Shown piece by piece: positions 1-12,031 of a stretch of DNA of 64,000 nucleotides. Source of the stretch: Octopus vulgaris (Eukaryota); assembly GCA_951406725.2 (NCBI GenBank), contig OX597831.1:75206001-75270000 (forward strand), written 5' to 3'. Both the position numbers and the translations under genes were made by a program. Under the pieces are notes generated by a model. The model saw only the letters and a list, made by a program, of their open reading frames with translations. It had not been told where the DNA came from and searched no databases. The number at the start of each line of letters is the position of its first letter. Position 1 is the stretch's first letter.

Positions 1-689
1 CACAGCTGATTGGTATCTAGTTTTGAAATGTGGAAAACAGGGTACCCCCATTATATAATAGGACAATGTAATACCCAGGTAGAATATTGAGGCTTGTATG
101 TTTAACAATCTAGAAATAATTACTCATCATTTATTCTTTTAATGGTTTCAGCTATAGGGCTGCAGCCAGTTTTGTTATCCTTTTATGACTGGAGGTTGGT
201 CTACAATCAAGTTTGCAGCAGCTGATCATCCCTGGAGTGTATCCTTGAATGATCAGCTGGTCCAGCATCACCGTTAGGGGTTTATCCTTAAATGTTTCAG
301 GAGAGATTCCTATTTACATTTCTGATTTCTTTAAACGACAAAGCTGAACAATTAAGGAATTCTGAATATCAGACTCATACGATATAATGGGTTTTTTTCC
401 CAAATAATATCAGACAATATTTTTGCTTTGAGTTTCTATCTACCAAATCCACCGACAAAGCTTAGTCAACCCGGGGCTGTAGAAGACATATTCCCCAAGT
501 GACACATAATGGGACTGAACCTAAAACCATGGGGTTATGAAGTAAAAGTCTTAGCTACACCTAGAAACACCAGTACCTTATTGTGTGCATACACACACAC
601 ACACACACACACATTCTCTTTCATTTTATTGGCCACTGTGAGCCCAACACAGAGGGGACGAACAAGGACCTACAACACAAAGTGGGGAC

Positions 690-2600
690 ATCATCATCAT
701 CATCGTTTAATGTCCATTTTCTATGCTGGCATGGGTTGGATGATTTTACTGAGGTCTGACGCCCCAGATGGCTGCACCAGGCTCCAATCTTGATCTGACA
801 GAGTTTCTACAGTTGGATGCTCTTCCTAACGCCAACCACTCAGAGAGTGTAGTGGGTGCTTTTACATGCCACCGGCATGAAGGCCAGTCAGGCGGTACTG
901 GCAATGGCCACGCTCAAGTGGTGTCTTTTATGTGCCACCAACACAAGTGCCAGCAAGGCAACGCAGGTAACGATCACACTCGAATGGTGCTTTTTACGTG
1001 CCACCGGCATGGAGGCCAGATTTTTGCTCTGGCAACAATCACGCCTCGTATGGTACTCTTAGTGCTCTACTAGCATGGATGCTGGTCATCGAATTTGATT
1101 TTGATTTCGATTTCACTTGCTTCAACAGGTCTTCGCAAGTAGAGCTTAGTGTCCAATAAAGGAAAGGTACGCATATGAGGGCATAGGCCACAAGGTTATG
1201 GTCTCACTTGAGCTTGCTGAGTCTTCTCAAGCACAGCATATTTCCAAAGGTCCTGGTCACTAGTCATTACCTCAGTGAGGCCAAATGTTTGAAGGTCATG
1301 CTTCACCATCTCATCCCAGGTCTTCCTGGGTCTACCTCTTCCACAGGTTCCCTCAACCACTAGGGTGTGGCACTTTTTCACACAGCTATCCACATCCATT
1401 CTCTCCACATGGCCATACCAGCACAGTTGTCTCTCTTGCACACCACATCTGATGTTTCTTAGGTCCAACTTTTCTCTCAAGGTATTTACACTCTGTCGAG
1501 TATGCACACTGACATTACACATCCATCAGAGCATACTGGCTTCATTCCTTGCGAGCTTACGCATGTCCTCAGCAGTCATGGCCCATGTTTCACTGCCATG
1601 TAGCATGGCTGTTCGTACACATACGTCATACAGTCTGCCTTTTACTCTGAGCGAGAGGCCCTTTGTCACCAGCTGGGGTAAGAGCTCTCTGAACTTTGCC
1701 CAGGCTATTCTTATTCTAGCAGCCAGACTTTCAGTGCACCCTCCCCACTACTGACTTGGTCACCTAGGTAACGAAAGCTATCAATTACTTCTAGTTTTTC
1801 TCCCTGGAACATGGTAGACGTTGGTCTCTGCACATTTTCAGTGTTATTTATTGCTCCCGAGCATCTGCCACATATAAAAACTATCTTCCCAGTTAGCCTT
1901 CCTTTGATATTGCTGCACCTCTTATGTGTCCATAGCTTACACTGGGTACATCTTATAGAGTTTCTGCCTATGCCTATTCTACAGATCAAGCAGGGCCATC
2001 TACCTGAAGGGATTTGTGGTTTGCGTGCCTTCCTACTTATTAGGACTCAGGATTTAGCTAGGTTGACTCTAAGGCCCTTCGATTCTAATCCTTGTTTCCA
2101 CACTTGAAACTTCTCTTCTAGTTCTGATAGTGACGCAGCAATTAGAACAAGGTCGTCAGCATAGAGTAGCTCCCAGGGGCATCCTGTCTTGAATTCTCCG
2201 TTATTGCCTGGAGGGCTATGATAAATAGGAGAGTCTGAGGACTGAACCTTGGTGGACCCCTACCTCTACCCGGAATTCTTCACTGTACTTGTTGCCAACC
2301 CTCACCTTACACAGCTCTCACTAACCATTCATCTATCCCTAGCTTCCTCATTGACCACCAGATAAGGGATCAGGGGGACCCTATCAAAGGCTTTCTCCAT
2401 GTCAACAAAAGCCAGGTACAGAGGTTTATCTTTGGCTAGGTATTTCTCCCGCAGCTGTCTTACCAGGAATATAGCATCAGTGGTGCTTTTCCCTGGCACG
2501 AACCCAAACTGCATCTCATCTAAACTGACTCTTTCCCTAATTAGTTGGGCTATGACCCTCTCCATGACCTTCATTACCTGATCCAACAACTTGATACCTC
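690..2600 (-). mobile_element. 5'-truncated, frameshifted RTE-clade LINE (RT domain, Cys-rich insert, C-terminus, 3'UTR, (GAT)n tail)
   Basis: Minus-strand ORF pieces carry QFGFVPGKSTTDAIF, LAFVDMEKAFDRVP, ELLYADDL (around 2150-2172) and WYGHVERM...RGRPRKTW. The 3'UTR ends in aaacgatgatgatgatg near 690. Confidence 0.93.
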
Positions 2601-2646
2601 CCATGAAACATAAACGAATGAATGAAATGAATTTATATAATATATC

Positions 2647-2879
2647 AGGGTGTAATGGCTATGCGAGACCCGCTCTCAAGTAGTACCATTTAACTATTTT
2701 TTACCCCAATATTTATCAAATTAAAATTACTTTATTAGATCATATATTGTCCCAACCTTATACAGTGTCTCCTAGTGAGACACACTGTAGAATTTACAAA
2801 ACTCTCAATATTCGCCCCTACTTGTTCCGATCTTAGTTCCTGGTGTTTAAAATATGTCCCAATGTTATGACACACCCTG
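2647..2879. mobile_element. Tc1/mariner-like MITE
   Basis: Termini cagggtgt...acaccctg in a TA context, with no ORF. Confidence 0.5.
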
Positions 2880-2904
2880 TATAAAAGGTATAACTCTTTT
2901 ATTA

Positions 2905-3257
2905 GTCGTTGCAAGTGCCGCCTCACTGGCTCCCATGCAAGTGGCACATAAAAAGCACCATTAGAGCATGGTTGTTGCCAGTACCGCCTGACTGGCTCCC
3001 ATACCAGTGGCACATAAAAAGCACCATTTGAGCATGGCTGTTGCCAGTGCCGCCTGACTGGCTCCTGTGCTGGTGGCACGTAAAAAGCACCCACTACACT
3101 CTCGGAGTGGTTGGCGTTAGGAAGGACATCCAGCTGTAGAAACTCTGCCAGATCAGATTGGAGCCTGACACAGCCTCCTGGCTCGCCAGTCCTCAGTCAA
3201 ACTGCCAACCCATGACAGCATGGAAAGCGGACATTAAACGATGATGATGATGATGAT
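2905..3257 (+). mobile_element. RTE LINE 3'-end fragment
   Basis: Matches the 3'UTR of the 690-2600 LINE, has internal ~59-bp tandem units, and ends in gatgatgat. Confidence 0.85.
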
Positions 3258-3316
3258 TAAAACAAAGGAAGTTCTTTCCAGAAATATAATCAAATAAAAA
3301 CAAAAGATTCCCATGG

Positions 3317-3325
3317 AAAGGATAC
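3317..3325 (-). other. U12-type (minor spliceosome) 5' splice site GTATCCTTT
   Basis: Exact match to the U12 donor consensus RTATCCTTT, immediately after the in-frame exon. Confidence 0.8.
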
Positions 3326-3391
3326 AAATCCATCTTTGTAGTCTCGGACTATTTTCTGTAAAGACCGAGCATGGCGCTGGTAGAGTTCTCT
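3326..3391 (-). CDS. CFAP69: CFAP69-like coding exon 3 (RELYQRHARSLQKIVRDYKDGF)
   Basis: Strong poly-T...tag acceptor, 66 nt, phase 0-0. It aligns with my recollection of the vertebrate CFAP69 segment DGLEEKQLKFVKKLVQCYQNGL. The donor is GTATCCTTT. Confidence 0.82.
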
Positions 3392-3534
3392 CTAAAAAAA
3401 AAAAAGAAAAAAATATTCATCATTTGAACTACATTTCAAATTTAACATTGATTTACTGAACTTTTATTTGTATCTAGTCTGGCTGATTGCATATATTTAA
3501 TTTGGGCACAGGTGTTAAATTAATGAGTCATCGT

Positions 3535-3918
3535 GCCAACAGCCACCTTGAGCACCTTTCTGAGCTCCATATGGGAACACCTTCTCGTGGACACGCCTAC
3601 AAATTAAAAAAACAGCACAGCTCCCATGACTTTCAGAAACATTTTTTTCACACCCAGAGTTGCTGAAACATGGAACAAACTACTTGCATCAGTTGTTAGT
3701 TGCTGAGACATTGCTTCCTTTAAAACCTCCATGCTTCCTGAAATTCGCCAACACTACACCTGATATCCTCCATACGCATGCACCCATGCATATCACGACT
3801 CATACACTGATCACTTTTCTGACTTTTGTACATAATTATATGTACTGTACATGCACCTTTAATGAGTTGTAGTGCACCTGAGCACCATACACAATAATTT
3901 CATTATCATCATTATTAT
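3535..3918 (+). mobile_element. CR1-like LINE 3' fragment
   Basis: Degenerate RGHAYK..KQHSSHDFRKHFF..RVAETWNKL, the shared 3'UTR, and an (att)n tail. Confidence 0.8.
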
Positions 3919-3996
3919 ATCTGAGTCTGATGAGCTAAGTTCTTGTAACAAGCCTACAGAGCTTAAAGTTGCACGAGGCCGAATCAAACTGTTTGA

Positions 3997-4033
<37 letters not shown>

Positions 4034-4157
4034 GAATGAACTAGTGAGTTTAGCTTAATTGCCTACCAATGTATACTATGAGTTTCTTTGCCCTAGGAGT
4101 CAGGAAGACACTTGGCAAGAAATGGAAGCAAATTTGAAAGAAGAAGAAAAACCCATA

Positions 4158-4206
<49 letters not shown>

Positions 4207-4430
4207 GTAATAATAATAATAATCCTTTCTACTATAAGTACAAGACCTGGAGTTTGTGGGGAGGGGATAAGTTGATTTCATCAAACCCAATACTTAACTG
4301 GTACTTAATTTATCAACCCCGAAAGGATGAAAGGCAAAGTCGACCACAGTGGAATTTGAACTCATAACAAGCATTTTTCTCCACATGTTAACAGTTCTGA
4401 CAGCTTGCTGCCATAATAATAGTATTATTG

Positions 4431-4461
<31 letters not shown>

Positions 4462-4639
4462 AACAACTGGTATAAAAATTGGTTGATTGATTTTCTCCAG
4501 TCATGTGTTACATCGTATACGGAGAGAGTAAAAAAGAGATACAGAGTCAAAAGGTGCAGGATGAATGCACATACTAGGCTTGGTGGCAGGCAATGATTAA
4601 AAGAACGGTATACACTCACACACGTCACTTATACATGCT

Positions 4640-5030
4640 TAAAATATGTGCCTGTATGGAACAACAGCCTGGATGCTGACCAAAAAATCTGGAATCCAAG
4701 CTAGATGGAACTTACACCCAAATGTTAAGAGCGTTTTTAAATGTATTCTGGAAGAACTCGTCCCACCAAGAAACAGCTGTATGGAAAATTCCTGTCTCTT
4801 TCCCCCATCATAAGGGAAATGCACTCGTGTTTTGCAGAACAAGCTAAACAAGAGCTAACAAACGACCTACTGCTATGGATGCCAGAGCATGGCAACCAAG
4901 TACAACATATGTAGATGAACTCAGCAGAGACCCTGGATGCCCCTCTGAAAGACCTCCCTCAACTAACGCAGAACTGAAATGGACGGCGTACATGGAAGTC
5001 AACATTGTCCGAGCAAGCTCAACCAGATGC
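4640..5030 (+). mobile_element. Degenerate RTE-type LINE C-terminal fragment
   Basis: Decayed LYGTTAWMLTK...LDGTYTQMLR, similar to 33720-34145. Confidence 0.6.
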
Positions 5031-5147
5031 TCATTGATTTACTGAGCACCTATACCTAACCTCCTGGCTGTTTGCATATTTCTAACTTGGGCACAGATGT
5101 TTAATTTGTTTAATTAATGAGTATCTCTCTCTCTCTATATATATATA

Positions 5148-5550
5148 TTCTCTTTTACTCTTTTACTTGTTTCAGCCATTTGACTGTGGCCATGCTGGAG
5201 CACCGCCTTTAGTTGAGCAAATCGACCCTGGGACTTATTCTTTGTAAGCCCGGTACTTATTCTATCGGTCTCTTTTGCCGAACCGCTAAGTGACGGGGAC
5301 GTAAACACACCAGCATCAGTTGTCAAGCAATGCTAGGGGAACAAACACAGACACACAAACACACACATGCATATATATACATATATACGACAGGCTTCTT
5401 TCAGTTTCCGTCTACCAAATCCACTTGCAAGGCATTGGTCGGCCCGGGGCTATAGCAGAAGACACTTGCCCAAGATGCCACGCAGTGGGACTGAACCCGG
5501 AACCATGTGGTTGGTAAGCAAGCTACTTACCACACAGCCACTCCTGCGCC
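5148..5550 (-). mobile_element. tRNA-derived SINE family A (CORE-like)
   Basis: Head ggcgcaggagtggctgtgtggtaag...gggttcagtccc with A/B boxes, CORE-like cttgggcaagtgtctt, a central (TA/CA)n tract and a gtaaaaga tail. More than 12 copies occur in the window. Confidence 0.9.
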
Positions 5551-5765
5551 TATATATATATTTTTTTAATCTTTTACTTGTTTCAGTCATTAAGACTGCA
5601 GTGATTCTGCAGCAATGCCCTGAAGAATTTATGCTTTTAAGTCTGGTACTTCATCGATCCCTTTTGTCAAGCTGCTAAGTTAGAGGGATGTAAACACACC
5701 AACACTGGTTGTCGAGTGGTGGGGAAGGAGATAAAACAAAGCTATATATATATATATATATATAT

Positions 5766-6498
5766 TCTTTTATTTGTTTCAGTCATTTGACTGCAGCCAT
5801 GTTGGAGCACTACATTTAGTCGAACAAATCGACCCCAGGACTAATTCTTTGTAAGCCTAGTACTTAATCTATCAGTTTCTTTTGCCAAACCACAAAGTTA
5901 CGGGGACGGGAACACACCAAGATCGGTTGTCAAGTGATGGTGGGAAGACAAACACACACATATATACGATGGGCTTCTTTCAGTTTCCATCTACCAAATC
6001 CACTCACAAGGCTTTGGTCAGCCTGAGGCTACAGTATAAGACATTTGCCCAAGGTACCATGCAGTAGGACTGAACCCGGAACCATGTGGTTGGTAAGCAA
6101 GCTACTTACCACACACCTACATCTATATACTCTTTTACTCTTACTTGTTTCAGTCATTTGACTGCAGCCATGCTGGAGCACCACCTTTAGTCAAGCAAAT
6201 CGACCAGTATTTATTTTATCGGTCTCTTTTGCTGAACCGCTAATTGATGGGGACATAAACACACCAGCATCGGTTGTCAAGCAATACTAGGGGGACAAAC
6301 ACAGAAACACAAACATACATACACACATATATATACATCTATACGACGGGCTTCTTTGAGTTTTCGCCTAACAAATCCACTCACAAGGCTTTGGTTGGCC
6401 AGAGACTATAGTAGAAGACGCTTGCCCAAGATGCCACGCTGTGGGACTGAACCCATAACCATGTGGTTGGTAAGCAAGCTACTTACCACACAGCCATG
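5766..6498 (-). mobile_element. Two tandem SINE family A copies (5766-6113, 6130-6498)
   Basis: Same consensus as 5148-5550. Confidence 0.85.
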
Positions 6499-6744
6499 CT
6501 TAGCAGTATTTCGTCTGCCATTACATTCTGAGTTCAAATTCTGCCAAGTCGACTTTCTCTTTCATCCTTTTGGGGGTCGATAAATTAAGTACTAGTTACG
6601 CACTGGGGTCGATGTAATCGACTTAATCCCTTTGTTTGTCCCCTCTATGTTTAGCCCCTTGTGGGCAATAAAGAAATATATACATATATATATGTGACCT
6701 CGTGCGTACCAAAATGTGAACAAAATGTGTACCAAAATGTGACC

Positions 6745-6935
6745 TCGTGTGTACCGTTGGCGATTTTATTTCCTCTGTCTTCCCTTCTCTGGATCTTTCC
6801 TTCTCCTATGTTTCTGACAAAGAGCTCCGCTCGAAACGTTAAATCCTCCTTCTTTCCTGAGCGTCCAATAATACTATATTTGTTCCACGTCCTTGCGTTG
6901 TTGTGTTTTTTTGTGCTTTCTTGTTTGGATTAACT
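6745..6935 (+). mobile_element. Penelope-like pLTR-type repeat with degenerate minimal hammerhead
   Basis: ttt-CTGACAA-a-gagc tcc gctc-GAAACGTT-aaa, flanked by (TA)n. Related to 28390-28585 and 62985-63325. Confidence 0.55.
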
Positions 6936-7215
6936 ATATATATATATATACTTACATACATATATACATACATACATACATACATACACAATGGTTCTTT
7001 CACTGCCTGTCCAACAAATCTACTCGCAAGGTTTTGGTTAGCCTGAGGCTATTGTAAAAACACTTGCCCAAGGTGTTGCACAGTGCAATTGAACCTAGAA
7101 CCATGTAGTTAGGAAGCAAGCTTCTTACCACACAGCCATGCCTGCACCTATATATATATATGTATGTCTATGTTTATCTATTTTAAAATGTATTTTTAAT
7201 CTAAATGTTAATATT

Positions 7216-7892
7216 CAGGGTTGCCCAGAAGTCACCCAACAGTAAATCAAAATTCCATAAATGCTATCTGTAATTCTGTATTGACCAGAATGGAAAAACG
7301 TGTCACTCAAGAAGGATTTCAGTTTCAACAATTTTCATGGTGTTTCATATTTAGATGCTTTTATTAAATTCATTCAGTTCATCATCATCATCATCATCAT
7401 CGTTTAACGTCCGTTTTCCATGCTAGCACCGGTTGGACGGTTCAACCAGGGTCTGGGAAGCCCGGAGGCTGCACCAGGCTCCAGTCTGATCTGGCAGTGT
7501 TTCTAAAGCTGGATGCCCTTCCTAACGCCAACCACTCCGTGAGTGTAGTGGGTGCTTTTTACGTGCCACTGGCACAGGTGCCAGGGGAGTCCGGCATCGG
7601 CCACGATCGGTTGGTGCTTTTAACGTGCCAGGCGGCGCTGGCATCAGTCATGTTCGGATGGTGCATTTTATGTGCCACCGGCACAGAAGCCAGTTGAGGC
7701 GGTGCTGGCATCTTTAATTCTGTATTGACTCGAATGGGAAAATGTGTCGCTCAAGAAGGACTTCAGTTTGAACAATTTTCATGATGTTTCATATTTAGAT
7801 GCTTTTTATTAAATTCATTCAGTTGTTAAACATAAATAAATCTTGGAATCAAATGGTTTTGTTTTACTGTCAGGTGAGTTTTGGCCAACCCG
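7216..7892. mobile_element. Tc1-like MITE interrupted by an RTE 3' end (7380-7712) with a ~109-bp flanking duplication
   Basis: Inverted termini cagggttgcccagaagtcacccaacagtaaa / tttactgtcaggtgagttttggccaacccg. Direct repeats at 7271-7379 and 7715-7824. Confidence 0.7.
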
Positions 7893-8093
7893 ATGGCTAT
7901 CAATGTAATTTATTAAAATAACTTAAAAGAAAATTCAATTAACTAGCAAATTAGTTTCAATTTAATACAGGAATTAATTTCTTGTGTATGAGATTAGTTT
8001 CAGAGATTAACACTGAGAGGAGATAAACTTTCTTTAATCTGAGAGAAGAAGTTGACTACAATCCAGAGAAGAGATCAAATAATTTAACCCAGA

Positions 8094-8094
8094 T

Positions 8095-8127
<33 letters not shown>

Positions 8128-8545
8128 TGTGTACAGTGCTCAGGTGCACTACAACTCATCTGTGTAGTTTCAGCGGATTTCGGAAAGCATGAGGGCCTTA
8201 AAGGATGCAGTGTCATGGCAGTCAACAACTGACGCAGGCAGTTTATTCCATGTTTCAGCAACTCTGAGCGTGAAAAAATGTTTCCGAAAGTCATGGGAGC
8301 TGTGTTGTTTTCTGACTTTGTAGGCATGTCCACGTGTGTTAGACACATGGAGATCAAAAAGGTGTTCAGTGTTGTTGTTGGTGAGGTGGTTGATAACTTT
8401 GTGGGTGTTTACCAAGTCCGTCGCCAGATGCCGGAGCTTCAGTGAATCCATGCCCAGGGAAACAAGGCGCTCAGAATATGGTAGGTGTCTGATGGAGGGT
8501 ATGCGTTTGGTTGCACGTCTCTGGACAGATTCCAGGAGGTCAATG
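8094..8545 (-). mobile_element. CR1-like LINE 3' fragment
   Basis: LESVQRRATKRIPSIRHLPYSERL...NTRGHAYK...FFTLRVAETWNKLP, ending in an (att)n tail. Confidence 0.9.
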
Positions 8546-8582
8546 TTATGAAGATAAAAGATAATGAATAGCTGATACTCAC

Positions 8583-8645
8583 TGAATAAGGATCCTTTAA
8601 AAGCGTTATCACTTTCTTTAGGTTGACTGGTCCCAAAAGGGCACT
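8583..8645 (-). CDS. CFAP69: CFAP69-like coding exon 2 (SALLGPVNLKKVITLLKDPYS)
   Basis: Acceptor ctttgtctctttcag, donor gtgagt, 63 nt, phase 0-0. Resembles the recalled CFAP69 segment FKPMDLNRVIKLLEETDK. Confidence 0.82.
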
Positions 8646-8765
8646 CTGAAAGAGACAAAGGGTATGTATATAATGTGTATGTATAATGTATTTGTGCATA
8701 ATGTACACATGTACACATTTGTATATGTATGCATGCATGCATGTATATATATATATACATGTATG

Positions 8766-9937
8766 CAGTGGTGAACTGGGGCTAAAAATATTGGTTGCCA
8801 GGAGACTAAGGGGGCTCCACCCACAAATACAATGCTATCATTTTGATTTACTCTCTCTCTCTCTCTCTTTTACTTGTTTCAGTCATTTGACTGCGGCCAT
8901 ACTGGAGCACCGCCTTTAGCCGAGAAAATCAACCCCGGGAATTATTCTTTTTGTAAGCCAAGTACTTATTCTATCGGTCTCTTTTGCCGAACCGCTAAGT
9001 AACGGGGACGTAAACACACCAGCATCAGTTGTCAAGCAATGCTAAGGGGGACAAACACAGACACACAAACATATACACACACATCATCATCATCATCATC
9101 ATCGTTTAGCGTCCGTTTTCCATGCTAGCATGGGTTGGACGGGTCAACTGGGGTCTGTGAAGCTGGAAGGCTTCGTCAGGCCCAGTCAGATCTGGCAGTG
9201 TTTCTACGGCTGGATGCCCTTCCTAACGCCAACCACTCCGCAAGTGTAGTGGGTGTTTTTACGTGCCACCTGCACAGGTGCCAGACAGAGCTGGTGAACG
9301 GCCACGAACGGATGGTGCTTTTATGTGTCACCGGCACGGGGCCAGGCGATGCTGGCAACGGACACGAACGGATGGTGCTTTTACGTGCCACCGACACGGG
9401 GCCAGACAGAGCTGGCAACCGGCCACGAACGGACGGTGCTTTTACGTGTCACCGGCACGGGGGCCAGCCGCGGCTGGCAACGGACGCGAACGGATGGTGC
9501 TTTTACGTGCCACCGACACGGTTGCCAGACAGAGCTGGCAAACGGCCACGAGCGGACGGTGCATACATATATATATACATATATATGACAGGCTTCTTTC
9601 AGTTTCCATCTACGAAATCCACTCACAAGGCATTGGTTGGCCCAGGGCTATAGCAGAAGATATTTGCCCAAGATGCCACGCAGTGGGACTGAACCCGGAA
9701 CCATGTGGTTGGTTAGCAAGCTACTTACCACACAGCCACTCCTGTTTTTTTTCTTTTTTATTTGTTAAAACTATTCTTTTCGACTGTCTACAAACATAGT
9801 CAGGCTGAAATAATTAATGCATTCTTCAAGGAGTGAAGAAAAAATTCTCAAACTTGAGGGGATGGGCCCCACCATACATGGATTCTAATGGTGCAGGGGC
9901 CAACTTGCCAACGAACAAGCTGGCAACTCCATCATTG
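8766..9937. mobile_element. hAT-like MITE containing a nested SINE A (8866-9742), itself split by an RTE 3' end (9083-9563)
   Basis: cagtgg...cattg termini with an exact 8-bp TSD catgtatg. An uninterrupted relative lies at 28095-28377. Confidence 0.75.
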
Positions 9938-10339
9938 CATGTATGAGTGTATACACAAATGTATACACACACACATACACGTATGTACATGTGATGAAGG
10001 TGCATGGCTCAGTGATTTAGAGCATCAGGCTCACAATCATGAGGTAGTGAGTTCAATTCCTGGGACTGGGCAGTGTGTTGTGTTCTTAAGCAAGATCCCC
10101 ATTTCATGTTATTCCGTGTCACTGGTTCCAAGCTGTATCGGCCCCTTTGCTTTTCCCTTGGATAACATCAGTGGCATGGAGAGGCGAGGCTGGTATGCAT
10201 GAGTGACTGCTGGTCTTCCATAAACCACCTAGACTGGACTTGTGCCTCGGAGGGTAACCTTCTAGGTGCAATCCCATGGTCAGTCATGACTGAAGGTGTT
10301 TTTTTACCCTTTATGCAAATGTGTATGTCTATATCACCG

Positions 10340-10644
10340 TGATCACCGTGACTGACCAGGCTATCAGATGTTGCTACACATCGCTGGTCACAATGCACTT
10401 CACATTGCATTAGCCTTCAAATGACGCCACCCTACTGGCTAAGCAGGTAGGCCAACAGAAGAAAGAGTGAGAGAAAGTTGTGGCAAAAGAGTACAGCAGG
10501 GATCACCACCATCCCCTGCCAAAGCCTCGTGGAGCTTTAGGTGTTTTCACTCAATAAACACTCACAATGCCCGGCCTGGGAATCGAAACCGCAATCCTAC
10601 AACCGTGAGTCCGCTGCCCTAACCACTGGGCCATTGCGCCTCCA
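10340..10644 (-). mobile_element. tRNA-derived SINE family B
   Basis: Head ggaggcgcaatggcccagtggttagggcagcggactc...ggtttcgattccc. Related copies at 17236, 49457 and 50390. Confidence 0.8.
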
Positions 10645-11149
10645 CGTATGTCTATATATATGTGTGTAAATGCATATGTATATATGTATGCGTGTATCAA
10701 ACAAAGAACTCAAAGCCAAAACGTCACATTTGGAATACATGGAAAGTTCTAGAAAGAAAGTTTCAGGAGTTTTGCTTCAATAAAATTTAATCAAGATGTT
10801 GTTGTTGTTGTTGTTTGTTCCATTCCAAGCCATGCCTGGCTCATAAGGGCCGGTTTCCTGGATTGACATATAGGTTCCCCACCTGGATGGGACACTGGTC
10901 AGTTGCAGGAGAGCTGTTAGATGCAGGAGGAAAGAGTAAGGGAAAGTTGTGGCGAAAGGGTCAGCAGAAGTTTGCCATTACCTTCTGCCGGAACCGCACG
11001 GAGCTTAGGTGTTTCGCTCATAAACAAACACAACGCCAGGTCTGGGATTCGAACTCACAATGTAATATTTAGTTAATCACATTGTTATAAATTAATTGAG
11101 CATTATCTTGTAGTTTCAAGATTTCAATGATATGATTGTATATACAAAG

Positions 11150-11326
11150 CGTAGGAGTGGCTGTGTGGTAAGTAGCTTGCTTCCCAACCACATGGTTCCA
11201 GGTTCAGTCCCACTGCAGGGCACCTTAGGCAAGTGCCTTCTACTATAGCCTCGGGCTGACCAAAGCCTTGTGAGTGGATTTGGTAGATGGAAACTGGAAG
11301 AAGCCCATTGTGTGTGTATATATGTA

Positions 11327-11378
<52 letters not shown>

Positions 11379-11497
11379 TGTGTTTCTGTTTTTGTCCCCC
11401 CCAACATCGCTTGACAACTGATTCTGGTGTGTTTACGTTCCCCTAACTTAGCAGTTCGGCAAAAGAGACCGATAGAATATAGTACTAGGCTTACAAA
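11150..11497 (+). mobile_element. SINE family A
   Basis: Family A consensus, truncated where the 11498-11899 element begins. Confidence 0.8.
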
Positions 11498-11899
11498 CTG
11501 CCATTTTCTCTAGCGGTGTCATATGAAATTGTCACCCATAATTATGACCCTAGTATCGATCTATTGCATTTCAATCTATTTTAGATTTAGGGTTGGTTAG
11601 GGGTGGGGGAAGGGTATCTTTTTTTCTTCACAAATGTAAATAAACCCAATATGTTTCTTAAACGAGGGACATATTCATACGGCACAGAATGCTTTTTAAC
11701 TCAATAGACGCCAGTGATTGGTTAAAATTGCCGAAATGCAGGAAATTAAAGACGAAATATGTTACAAACTACAGAATTTTCTCAAGAAAGCCAAGAGAAA
11801 AAGATGTTTTATAAACACATTCTACCAGTATACGAAGTTTAAAATTTTTTAGTTACCTAGAAATTATGCTAAAAACTGCCGTTCAAACCGAAAAGATCC
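11498..11899. mobile_element. One arm of the GGATC-terminal element family with a TTAGGG-like motif
   Basis: Homologous to the arms of 17795-18376. Confidence 0.7.
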
Positions 11900-11976
11900 T
11901 AGTCCTTAGCTAAACAATGCTTTTTGAATGGTACACGAAATGTGTGGAAGCTCACTGTGTGTGTGTGTGTGTGAGT

Positions 11977-12031
<55 letters not shown>

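Noticed and set aside
314-360. U12-like branch site TTCCTTAAT followed by CAG on the minus strand, as the acceptor for CFAP69 exon 4
   Set aside because: The in-frame reading LCRLKKSEM stops after 9 codons and does not resemble the expected CFAP69 continuation.
9240-9563. CRISPR-like repeat-spacer array
   Set aside because: The intervening sequences are homologous to each other, the array belongs to an RTE 3'UTR, and the context is eukaryotic with no cas genes.
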